IMG/VR virus record: IMGVR_UViG_3300038808_000006
Coordinates: 1 to 43,915 of that record
DNA from: a virus
Lineage: Duplodnaviria > Caudoviricetes
DNA: 43,915 nt
Strand: one strand, 5' to 3'
This document shows, one piece after another, positions 36,022 to 43,915 of the stretch (its first letter is position 1; each line of letters opens with the position of its first letter). The notes beneath the pieces were generated by a model, which saw only the letters and a program-made list of their open reading frames with translations, did no database searches and had not been told where the DNA came from. The position numbers and the translations under genes were made by a program.

Positions 36022-37680
36022 ATGGCCGTTGCCACGCGGAAAGCCACCAGCATGTCTGTGGGGGCGTTTGAGACGCCCCCTTATGGACGCATGCCCCGCC
36101 CCTCGGACGACGCCTCTCTGGGCTTCGCCACCACCAGCCTATGGAACCACAACGGCCGGATTTTCACTCCCTACCGTGTCACGGCGGGCAAAGCAGCATG
36201 GCTGGAGCGCCGCACCGGTCCATGTCCGGGAGACGAGTGCCCGAACGCAGCCGGTCTCTACGGCACGATCAAGTTGCGGTCGGCCTATGCGGGGGCCGCG
36301 ATCCAGGTCGTGCGTGCCAGCGACAGCGCCACGCTGGACGTGGGCTTCGTGGGCAACGACCTGGATGTGGCGACGCTCGATGCGTGGTCGGTCGGCACCA
36401 CCTATACCGTCGCCAAGGTCTACGACCAGACGGGCAACGCCAACCATCTGACGCAGGCGACGCAGGCCAACCAGCCCCGCATGTCCAGCACACAGACGCT
36501 GGACAACCGAGGTGCCATCCGTACCATCCAGCACGCCGGGCCGCTGTTCGACAGCGGCGTGTCTCCGTGCACGTTGAACATCCCCAGCACCGTGTCCTGC
36601 GACAACAAGAACATGGGCGTGTTCTTCGTTGGCGCCCTGCCGGGCTGCGTGCAGCAGACGCCCGTGCTGGAGATGAACCCCGCCTCGGGGACGAACTACC
36701 TCCAGTGGACCTTCGGGTCCTCCGCCTGGAACTGGTTTCTGAACACGGGTGGGCAGACCAAGGCTTCCGGGTTGAAGGTGGCCGCCAATGCGCTGGTGCA
36801 CGGTTTCAACGTCAATGCCGGTGCCCTGACGATGTGGACCGGGAACAAGCCGGCATCCCTGAGCAGCGTCGCGAACTCCACGACCTACAACGGCGGCCAG
36901 ATCGGAGCCTACTCGGCCGGTGCCGCGGTGACGGTGGCGAATGCCTCCGACTTCGAATGGTGCGCCTTCGCGATCTATGCTCGGGCTGTGACTACCGCCG
37001 AGGTTCAGAACCTCCAGGCGTCGCTCACCTCGCGGTGCCGCCTGGTTCCGCAGAATACCGACGTGCTGGTCTATCGCGGGGACAGCATCCATTTCGGGCT
37101 GCGGGCGACGAAGCTCCAGACGCCGATCCGGCGGGCTCGCGACCTGCTGGGATTTCCGGCGCAGTATTACAACGCCAGCCGGTCGGGTGCGAATGTCGCG
37201 GACCTCCAGGGGCTGTTCGCGACCGAGGTGGCTCCACTGTTCAACACGGGCGCGCGCAACAACGTCATCCTGCTCGCTGCCGCCACGAACGACATCGTGA
37301 ACAACAGTTTCACCGATGCCAATGTCATGGCCGCGACGATCTTCGAGAACATCATGAAGACCGCCGAGCAGGCCAAGGCGGTGTCGAGTGCGGTCAAGGT
37401 TCTCGGATCGACCGTCATCGACCGAGGTGCATTCACCGATCTCCAACGGTCCTGCGCGGTGGCGCTCAACACCCTGATCCGCGCCAATGCCGGGCGCGTG
37501 AAATTCGACGCCATCGCGGACTACGCGGCCGATGTTGATGTGGGGCTAGACCCGGCTGGCGGGCCGGACTTCTTCCCGAACGCGGCGGTCAACGCGGACG
37601 GCACCCACCCCAACGACACCGGCTATTCGATCATGGCGACCATCGCGCAGGCTGCGGTGCGTCAGGTGTGGAGCTTCTGA
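36022..37680 (+). CDS. Virion-associated protein: lectin/arabinofuranosidase-like domain plus SGNH/GDSL hydrolase
   Basis: LRSAYAG-x-AIQVVRASD, YDQTGN; GDSI, TND, DGTHP. Confidence 0.8.
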   Translation: MAVATRKATSMSVGAFETPPYGRMPRPSDDASLGFATTSLWNHNGRIFTPYRVTAGKAAWLERRTGPCPGDECPNAAGLYGTIKLRSAYAGAAIQVVRASDSATLDVGFVGNDLDVATLDAWSVGTTYTVAKVYDQTGNANHLTQATQANQPRMSSTQTLDNRGAIRTIQHAGPLFDSGVSPCTLNIPSTVSCDNKNMGVFFVGALPGCVQQTPVLEMNPASGTNYLQWTFGSSAWNWFLNTGGQTKASGLKVAANALVHGFNVNAGALTMWTGNKPASLSSVANSTTYNGGQIGAYSAGAAVTVANASDFEWCAFAIYARAVTTAEVQNLQASLTSRCRLVPQNTDVLVYRGDSIHFGLRATKLQTPIRRARDLLGFPAQYYNASRSGANVADLQGLFATEVAPLFNTGARNNVILLAAATNDIVNNSFTDANVMAATIFENIMKTAEQAKAVSSAVKVLGSTVIDRGAFTDLQRSCAVALNTLIRANAGRVKFDAIADYAADVDVGLDPAGGPDFFPNAAVNADGTHPNDTGYSIMATIAQAAVRQVWSF

Positions 37681-37714
37681 TGCCCGCCGCCTCCGAGAGC
37701 CAGGGGAGGGGGTG

Positions 37715-38152
37715 ATGCCACTTCGCGATGCCCTGAAGGTCACGCCGCCCGGACTGCTGGCGGTGGTCTACCGTGACCCCTGGATGTTCGTCGGTGCGAT
37801 GTCGCTCTGGGCGGCGCTGGCGTCGGTGACGCTGGTGGCGCCCGGCGAGATCATGCCGACCTCGCCCCTGTACTCCCTGATCCGCGGTGTCCTGCTGACC
37901 GAGCGCCAGTGGGGCTGGTTGATGCTGGCCGATGCCGTGTGCCTGTTCTGGACGCTCTGGGACAAGCGCCTGAAGGTCCGCCTGCCGGTCGCCTTCGCCA
38001 GCGGCGCCTTCTGGTTCGTCTGGGGGGGCGCGCAGTTCATCAGCGGCGTGGGCAACGGCATCACCAGCGGCATGGCCCTGTGGAACATCTGCGCTGGCCT
38101 CGGCCTGTACCTCGCCGTGATCCAGTGGGTGCACCGGGAGGAACTGACTTGA
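37715..38152 (+). CDS. Multi-pass membrane protein (lysis region)
   Basis: About four hydrophobic segments. Confidence 0.7.
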   Translation: MPLRDALKVTPPGLLAVVYRDPWMFVGAMSLWAALASVTLVAPGEIMPTSPLYSLIRGVLLTERQWGWLMLADAVCLFWTLWDKRLKVRLPVAFASGAFWFVWGGAQFISGVGNGITSGMALWNICAGLGLYLAVIQWVHREELT

Positions 38153-38667
38153 CCCTACCTCTCTGGCTGGCCGTCCTCTTCCCGACCGCCTCGCTGCTGA
38201 TCGGCGTCTTCGTGGCCGCCTGGGCCGTCTACACCTGGAGCCGGAACCAGAGCGAGAAGCGGGACGCGGAGATCGACGCCGAGCTTCGGGCGCTCACGAC
38301 CAAGCTGGAAACCAGCGTCACGGCCATAAAGATGGAGGTGGCGAACACGGCCGAGCGTGGGGACCTCAAGCTCTCCACCGCCATCGAGAAGGAAAGCAAG
38401 TCCCGGCACGACGCGCAGAATGCCACGGCGAATGCCCTGGCGGCGTTGCAGGTGCGCTTCGATGCCGGGATGCGGGAGACGGCTTCCCGCAACGAGGTGC
38501 AGGCCATCGAGACGCGGCTGGTGGCCGGCATGCTGAAGCTGGAGAACAAGATGGACCAGCTCTCCAACATCGTGCCTGAGATGAGCGCCACGCTGAAGAT
38601 GCTGGCCGGGCAGGTCGAGCGCCTGAACGGCCGGCTCGAAGGCCGCATGGCCGGCGCTGGCGACTGA
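38149..38667 (+). CDS. N-terminal TM plus coiled-coil protein (lysis accessory?)
   Basis: TTG start overlapping upstream stop, GGAGG RBS. Confidence 0.65.
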   Translation: MTLPLWLAVLFPTASLLIGVFVAAWAVYTWSRNQSEKRDAEIDAELRALTTKLETSVTAIKMEVANTAERGDLKLSTAIEKESKSRHDAQNATANALAALQVRFDAGMRETASRNEVQAIETRLVAGMLKLENKMDQLSNIVPEMSATLKMLAGQVERLNGRLEGRMAGAGD

Positions 38668-38710
38668 ACCCGCCGCCGGGGCGGTCCCCCGGCATCCCAA
38701 GGAGACACCG

Positions 38711-39058
38711 ATGCTGAGTACCATCGTCCAGGCCCTGGCCGGGTTGCTGGCGGCCGTCCTGTCGGCGGCGGCCACCGTGCTCACGCCCTACCTGATCAAG
38801 CTCGTGCAGGAGCGCATGCTCAAGAGCATGAACGACCGCCTCGGCGCCGCAGCCGAGACCGTGGCGGCCGAGATGGCAACCGCCGTGGGCAGCGCGCTCC
38901 AGACCCAGATCGAGACCGGGGTGGAGACGCTGAAGCAGCGCCTACCGGACACGGTGGCCAAGCTGGCGCCCTCGGATGAGACGCTGGCCGGGCTGATCAA
39001 GAAGGCCCAGGCCAAGCTGGCGGCGCCGGCCGTGGTCGCGCCGGTGGCGAACCAATGA
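38711..39058 (+). CDS. Putative holin (single N-terminal TM, LL-H-like)
   Basis: N-terminal TM, amphipathic C-region, AAGGAG RBS, lysis position. Confidence 0.55.
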   Translation: MLSTIVQALAGLLAAVLSAAATVLTPYLIKLVQERMLKSMNDRLGAAAETVAAEMATAVGSALQTQIETGVETLKQRLPDTVAKLAPSDETLAGLIKKAQAKLAAPAVVAPVANQ

Positions 39059-39140
39059 CCCACCCGCGCATCCGCCCCGTCCAGCGGGGTTGGCGGTAGG
39101 AGCGGGCGACCGCGATTGGACTACCGGGGCAACCCCAGCG

Positions 39141-39311
39141 TCACGACTTCGGCTCGGCCTTCGACGCCTGAAGGCCGAGTTCGATCAGGCGGCGGATGGC
39201 TTCGGCCTCGCTGCCGATGCGTTCGGCAAAGCGATAGTCGTCAATCGCGGCCACCATGTCAGGCGACATGGCGATGAGCTTCTTCACGGTCAGGACGGGT
39301 GCCTTAGCCAT
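39141..39311 (-). CDS. Ribbon-helix-helix repressor (Arc/Mnt/CopG-like)
   Basis: KLIAMSPDMVAAIDDYRF...SEAEAIRRLIELGL. Confidence 0.8.
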   Translation of the reverse strand: MAKAPVLTVKKLIAMSPDMVAAIDDYRFAERIGSEAEAIRRLIELGLQASKAEPKS

Positions 39312-39375
39312 AAGGCCGATATAGCCCTCATACCCCATATTGACAATACGGATATGAGCGATATATGTCATAGCG
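39312..39375. promoter_or_regulatory. AT-rich divergent control region (TTGACA 39340-39345; TGACA/TGTCA inverted repeat; GATAT repeats)
   Basis: Seen directly between RHH and KilA-N genes. Confidence 0.6.
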
Positions 39376-39434
39376 GCCAGGAGGTGCCGCAAACACCAAC
39401 CCGGCCTAACCGCAACTGAGCAGGAACCTCAGCT

Positions 39435-40223
39435 TTGGCTGACACCAATCGTACCACACTGACCGTCCTGGGGACAAAGATCCGCCGGGACGAAGAAGGC
39501 CGCTACAACCTGAATGACTGCCACAAGGCGGCGGGCGGGGAGAAGACGCATCAGCCGGCCAACTGGCTCCGCTTGCAACGGACCATGGACCTGATGGCTG
39601 AGATGGATCACTCCTCAGATCTGAGGAGTGATACCGGAAAGCCGGTATCGGTCCAGAATGGCGGCAAGGCTCCGGGCACCTATGTCGCGAAGGAATTGGT
39701 CTACGACTTCGCCATGTGGATCAGCCCGGCGTTCAGCCTGACCGTGATCCGGGCCTTCGATGATCTGGTGACCGGCAAGGTGCCGCAGGTTGCCAACTCC
39801 AACGCCGCCAGTCTGGGCCGCGACTTCCGGGGCTTCTTCTCCATCGCCCGGCTGATCGGCCTGGATCAGAACCAAGCCGCCCTGTCCGCCGCCCGTGGCG
39901 TCAAAGCGCTCACCGGCACCGACCCGCTGGCCGTCATGGGCCTGACGCTGATCGCACCGCAGCAGGAACACCACCTGACGGCCAGCGACATCGGCAAGGA
40001 ATTGGGCGGCCTGTCGGGCATCGCTGCTAACCAGATGATCGCCGAGCGCGGCTATCAGGTCGGCAAGCGGGACGCCAAGGGCCGGACCTACTGGGAGCCG
40101 ACCGAGAAGGGCAAGCCGTTCGCGGTCTTCGTGGATACCGGCAAGAAGCACAGCAACGGGTCGCCGGTCCGGCATCTCCGCTGGGCCGCCGGGCTGATCT
40201 CGGAGCTTCGCGAGGCGTCGTAG
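39435..40223 (+). CDS. KilA-N domain antirepressor-like protein
   Basis: IRRDEEGRYNLNDCHKAAG...PANWLR...GTY...FAMWISPAF; TTG start. Confidence 0.85.
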   Translation: MADTNRTTLTVLGTKIRRDEEGRYNLNDCHKAAGGEKTHQPANWLRLQRTMDLMAEMDHSSDLRSDTGKPVSVQNGGKAPGTYVAKELVYDFAMWISPAFSLTVIRAFDDLVTGKVPQVANSNAASLGRDFRGFFSIARLIGLDQNQAALSAARGVKALTGTDPLAVMGLTLIAPQQEHHLTASDIGKELGGLSGIAANQMIAERGYQVGKRDAKGRTYWEPTEKGKPFAVFVDTGKKHSNGSPVRHLRWAAGLISELREAS

Positions 40224-40277
40224 CCCCACCCCAACGCGACGACATCCATAGTCCGGATGTCATCATCCCCCCAACTC

Positions 40278-40304
40278 AGGCGCCCCTCAACGGGCGCCTT
40301 TTTT
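40278..40304 (+). terminator. Intrinsic terminator after KilA-N gene
   Basis: AGGCGCCC-ctcaac-GGGCGCCT plus T run. Confidence 0.8.
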
Positions 40305-40323
40305 GTGCCTGGAGCCCCATCCC

Positions 40324-40809
40324 ATGACGCCATCGCTGGCCCTGAGCCTGACGGTGAACCCGACGCTCGCCTACCTCTCCACCCTGGGCATCCCCTCGGA
40401 TGCGCGGGCCCGGCAGATGATCCTGGCCATCGGCGCGCAGGAGAGCGGGTTCACGGCCCGCGCCCAGATGCCGGTCGCCCATGCCATGGGCTGGTTCCAA
40501 TTCGAAGCGGGAGGCGGGGTCAAGGGCGTCCTGTCCCACCCATCGACGGCGTCGACTGCCCTGCGGGTCTGCGCCGATCTGGTGGTGCCCGCCACGGTCA
40601 ATGGCGTGTGGCGCGCGCTGGAGAACAACGATGTGCTCGCCTGCGCATTCGCCCGGCTGCTGCTCTGGTCCGACCCGAAATCCCTGCCGGACACCGAGGA
40701 CGGCGGGTGGGACCTGTACACGCGCACCTGGCGCCCGGGGAAGCCGCACCGTGAGCGGTGGGTGGCGAGCTGGGCGGCGGCGAAGGTGGCGCTGACTTCC
40801 TTGCCCTAG
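40324..40809 (+). CDS. Endolysin, lysozyme-like fold
   Basis: AIGAQESG, GWFQFE, ARLLLWSDP, YTRTWRPGKPH. Confidence 0.72.
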   Translation: MTPSLALSLTVNPTLAYLSTLGIPSDARARQMILAIGAQESGFTARAQMPVAHAMGWFQFEAGGGVKGVLSHPSTASTALRVCADLVVPATVNGVWRALENNDVLACAFARLLLWSDPKSLPDTEDGGWDLYTRTWRPGKPHRERWVASWAAAKVALTSLP

Positions 40810-40829
40810 CGCACGGATTTTGCTAGGTT
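40801..40829 (+). promoter_or_regulatory. Putative sigma70 promoter TTGCCC-N17-TAGGTT, predicted start near 40836
   Basis: Hexamer spacing; predicted start coincides with the tRNA-like 5' strand. Confidence 0.5.
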
Positions 40830-40835
40830 TGTGGG

Positions 40836-41320
40836 GATGCGGCGGCGTGGAAGGCGACATGAAGAGGGTATTCAAACCCGAATGGCGGAAGCGAGTTCCA
40901 GCATCGTGCGCTTCATGCGGTAAGCCGTACGAGGCGGTTGAGGCCGAACTAAAGAGAGGGAAGGGAAAGCTTTGTTCCCTCTCCTGCGCCGCCGCGCGCG
41001 CCGCAACCGGAAGGGATCAGTCTGGAGCGAAAAACCCGAAGTGGGTGGGTGGATTAAGCAATAGTGATCGCAAGCGCAGATATCGCGCTAGGCATGCCGA
41101 AAAGCACTCGGCTCACGCGGCTCTCACAAAAGCTATTCGTTCAGGTCAAATAATGCGGATGCCATGCGAAGTGTGCGGTGAGCGGCGAGTAGAAGGACAT
41201 CACTTTGATTATTCGCGCCCGCTTGAGTCAAGTGGCTGTGCAAGGTACACCACTTGGAAGCTCACGGCGGCCGTTTAGATAACGGGATGTAGCCGGTTTC
41301 GAGCCCGGCCCGCAGCGACA
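40836..41320 (+). ncRNA. Split tRNA-like element (5' acceptor and D-like arm 40836-40861; T arm and 3' acceptor 41292-41320) enclosing an ORF
   Basis: GATGCGG/CCGCAGC 6 of 7 pairs; CGTG/CATG around GAAGGCGA; GCCGG-TTTCGAGC-CCGGC. Confidence 0.5.
40859..41292 (+). pseudogene. Zn-finger/HNH-like endonuclease with 1-nt frameshift near 41226
   Basis: CASC, CSLSC, CEVC, HHFDYSRPLE then VKWLCKVHHLEAH in the -1 frame. Confidence 0.75.
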
Positions 41321-41417
41321 CTGGCGCCGCATGGCTTCGGCCGGCGGGTAGTAGGCACACCGTACGGGCGCCCGCCACAACGTTCCCGCAACTCCGCCTC
41401 GGCGGTGCCGGGCTAGC

Positions 41418-41450
41418 AACCGCTCGGGGCTTCGGCTCCGGGCGGTTTTT
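41418..41450 (+). terminator. Intrinsic terminator near the prophage right end
   Basis: AACCGCTCGGGGC-TTCG-GCTCCGGGCGGTT plus T run. Confidence 0.85.
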
Positions 41451-41731
41451 GCGTTCAGGGATTGACAAGAACCCGCATCGTAACCGCAAGTAACGAACCT
41501 AGGACTGCAATCCATCACCGATCTAGATGTTGATTGCCCCGAATTAGGTCCGTTTTGCGATGCGGGGGAGGGGATTGGATTTCCAATCAGATCAGTAGCT
41601 TGTCAAGCCCATTGAGAACAAAGCATGCAGATGCGATAATATTTGTTATGTAAAATTCTAGCATGTTCGGGCAAGTCCATGGGCCGCCAACGCCATTCCT
41701 CTCCAGCCGCTTCGTGCTAAGGCATGCCGCC

Positions 41732-42982
41732 ATGCAGAAAGCGCCCTTCGCATCAACCCTCCCGGTGGTTGTCGCCCTGCTTGCGGGCTTCGGCCTGCTA
41801 CAGATGGGCAACACCCTGCAAGGCACGCTCCTGGCCGTGCGTGGTGGCATGGAAGGCTTCTCGCACACGGCGATCGGTTTGATCGGCGGCGCCTTCTCCG
41901 CCGGGCTCATGATCGGCTCGCTCGTCGCCAGCCGGCTGATCCTGCGTGTCGGCAAGACCCGCAGCTTCGCCGCCCTGGCATCGACGGCATCGATGGTGCC
42001 CTTGATCCATCTGCTCTGGATCGATCCCGCGGCCTGGGTCATCGCCCGCATGCTGACCGGGTTCTGCTTCGCAGGCCTGTTCATGGTGGTGGAAAGCTGG
42101 CTGAACGGCGCCGCCGCCAACGAGGTGCGCGGCCAGATCCTTTCCATCTACGGCATGACCGGACTGGTGGCGGGCGTGGTCGGCCAGCTCCTGCTGCCGG
42201 TTGCCGATCCGGGCGGCTTCGCGCTCTTCGCCGTGGTGTCGATCATCCTGACCATCGCCGTCCTGCCGGTCACGCTGTCCCAGGCCCAGGCACCGCCGCT
42301 GCCGGCCCAGCCAGTGCGGATCGACCTGCTCCGGCTGCATGCGCAGTCCCCTTTCGGCCTGGTCGCGGCCTTTCTTTGCGGCATCAGCGCGGGCGCCTTC
42401 TTCGCGCTCGGTCCCGTCCTGGCGCAGTCCATCGGGCTCGGGCAGCAGGGTATCGCGATCTTCATGGCCGCCGGCGCACTGGGGGCCGCGGCGATGACCT
42501 GGCCGCTCGGCCTGCTGTCGGACCGGATCGACCGCAGGCTGCTGGTGGTGGTCATCGCGCTCGTCGCCGTGGGCGTGCTGGGCGCCATGGCCCTGCTCAC
42601 CCCATCCGGTGCCTCGGCCTGGGTGTATTTCGGCCTGGTCTTCGTCTTTGGCGGCCTGGTGGTGCCGACCTACAGCGTGGTCCTGGCCCATGTGAACGAT
42701 TCCGTGCGGCCGGAGGAATTCGTGGCGGCTTCGGGCGGGATGCTGCTCGTCCAGGGGGCCGGTGCGGCGATCGGGCCGCTGGCGATCGGGGCCGCGATGT
42801 CCGCCTTCGGACCACGCAGCCTGCCCTGGATGACGGTGCTGGCGCAGTTGCTGATTGCCTTCTACGGCATCTGGCGGATGACGCGTCAGGCCTCGCCGGC
42901 GCGGAAGGAGGAGTTCCGCGTGCAGTCACCGACACCGGTGGGCACGGAGCTCATCCATGTATCGCAGGAAGTGGCGCGCTGA
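41732..42982 (+). CDS. Host MFS transporter (YcaD-like)
   Basis: About 12 TM segments; ESWLN...RGQILSIY; GLLSDRIDRR. Confidence 0.9.
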   Translation: MQKAPFASTLPVVVALLAGFGLLQMGNTLQGTLLAVRGGMEGFSHTAIGLIGGAFSAGLMIGSLVASRLILRVGKTRSFAALASTASMVPLIHLLWIDPAAWVIARMLTGFCFAGLFMVVESWLNGAAANEVRGQILSIYGMTGLVAGVVGQLLLPVADPGGFALFAVVSIILTIAVLPVTLSQAQAPPLPAQPVRIDLLRLHAQSPFGLVAAFLCGISAGAFFALGPVLAQSIGLGQQGIAIFMAAGALGAAAMTWPLGLLSDRIDRRLLVVVIALVAVGVLGAMALLTPSGASAWVYFGLVFVFGGLVVPTYSVVLAHVNDSVRPEEFVAASGGMLLVQGAGAAIGPLAIGAAMSAFGPRSLPWMTVLAQLLIAFYGIWRMTRQASPARKEEFRVQSPTPVGTELIHVSQEVAR

Positions 42983-43106
42983 GTCGGGAAGGCGTTCATG
43001 CATCACCGCCGGTGGCTCCGGCTGCCGCTTTGGCGGATATGGCCATGGCACGGCCTGGCATGGCCGAAGACGCTGCAGGCGGAGTCACGGCATGGTTCCA
43101 GGTCAG

Positions 43107-43859
43107 GTGAATACGGATGGCGCCTCTCCCTGGGCGGAGGCCCGCGCGGCGCTGCCGGCATCCTGGCGGGCCGCGATAGGGGGCGAATTCGACGCACCCT
43201 ATATGCGCGCGCTCGCGGTGTTCCTTCAGGCCGAGGCGGGTTCCGGCAAGACCATCTTTCCGGACCCGGAGCGGATCTTCGCCGCCCTGAAGCAGACCCC
43301 CCTGGAGGCCGTGAAGGCCGTCATCCTCGGCCAGGACCCGTATCACAGGCCCGGACAGGCCATGGGCCTTTCCTTCTCCGTGCCTCCGGGGGTGCGTGTG
43401 CCTCCCTCCCTGCGGAACATCCACAAGGAGCTGGAAAGCGATCTCGGCCTCCATCCGCCATCCCATGGCTGCCTGACCGCCTGGGCGGATGCCGGCGTCC
43501 TGCTGCTCAACACCGCATTGACCGTGGAGGAAGGACGCCCCGGCAGCCATGCCCGCTCCGGCTGGCACCGCTTCACCGACCATGTCCTGGCCGCCGTGAA
43601 TGCGCGGCCCGTTCCTGTCGCCTTCGTTCTCTGGGGCAGTGATGCGCGGCGGCGGGCGCCGCTGCTGGATGGCAACCGGCACCTGCTCCACCAGTCGGAG
43701 CACCCCTCGCCGCTCTCCGCCTATCGCGGCTTCTTCGGCTCCCGCCCCTTTTCCCGGGTCAATGATTTCCTGGCCTCGCGGGGGCTGGAGCCCGTCGACT
43801 GGCGGCTGGAGCGCCACGACGCCCCTGCATCGACCCCCGTGAGTCACGGCGCGGGCTGA
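43107..43859 (+). CDS. ung: Host uracil-DNA glycosylase (family 1)
   Basis: GQDPYH, GLSFSV, PPSLRNI, GVLLLN, HPSPLS; GTG start inferred. Confidence 0.95.
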   Translation: MNTDGASPWAEARAALPASWRAAIGGEFDAPYMRALAVFLQAEAGSGKTIFPDPERIFAALKQTPLEAVKAVILGQDPYHRPGQAMGLSFSVPPGVRVPPSLRNIHKELESDLGLHPPSHGCLTAWADAGVLLLNTALTVEEGRPGSHARSGWHRFTDHVLAAVNARPVPVAFVLWGSDARRRAPLLDGNRHLLHQSEHPSPLSAYRGFFGSRPFSRVNDFLASRGLEPVDWRLERHDAPASTPVSHGAG

Positions 43860-43915
43860 AGCCGGCGCGCCCGGGGAAGGCCCGGGGCGATGGCCGGACC
43901 GGCGGGGCGCGTCGC

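Larger units (their letters stand above)
1..41600. mobile_element. Temperate prophage, lambdoid early region with P22-like podovirus structural genes; left end outside window, right end approx. 41450-41650
   Basis: Continuous phage gene order: recombination, CI/Cro, replication, terminase, portal, coat, tail, lysis; host MFS and ung genes follow. Confidence 0.93.

Noticed and set aside
24518-37680. Diversity-generating retroelement or invertase-switched tail fibres
   Set aside because: No reverse transcriptase, recombinase or TR/VR repeat pair seen
39312-39434. Alphaproteobacterial LexA box upstream of the antirepressor
   Set aside because: No GTTC-N7-GTTC or GAAC-N7-GAAC match found by eye
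40833-41320. tmRNA or intact tRNA gene
   Set aside because: GGGGATG has no complementary 3' strand, no G3-U70, no CCA, 8-nt T loop; kept only as tRNA-like
41323-41450. Canonical HDV-like/theta ribozyme
   Set aside because: P1-like helix followed by GG is present, but P2, P3/L3 and J4/2 could not be assigned
41558-41582. tRNA 3' end as att core on the minus strand
   Set aside because: Only weak resemblance (ccaatcccctcccccgca); no TTCG loop or CCA

Overview
This window is about 41.5 kb of a GC-rich temperate prophage, followed by two host genes (an MFS transporter and ung). Gene content suggests an alphaproteobacterial host, probably Acetobacteraceae/Rhodospirillales (inference). The left attachment site and integrase lie outside the window. 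The leftward early arm (1-8640) has small accessory genes, a beta-class DNA methyltransferase paired with an SNF2-like helicase, Bet recombinase, Gp157, an AAWA-repeat protein and an antirepressor-stub/nuclease chimera. A lambdoid switch (CI-like/Cro-like) carries four 17-bp operators over two promoters. The rightward early arm has two nucleases, a primase-helicase, an iteron origin and SSB. An uncharacterised gene sits in the Q position before a pR'/tR'-like unit. The P22-like podovirus morphogenesis block has a large terminase split into two ORFs, portal, scaffold, coat, gp4, gp10, ejection proteins and several receptor-binding or hydrolase proteins. The lysis region is interrupted by an RHH/KilA-N cassette. 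The most unusual signal is near the right end: a promoter-to-terminator unit in which an HNH-like ORF exactly fills the space between tRNA-like D-arm and T-arm/acceptor halves, followed by a second structured RNA. All family assignments come from motif recognition by eye; no database searches were run.
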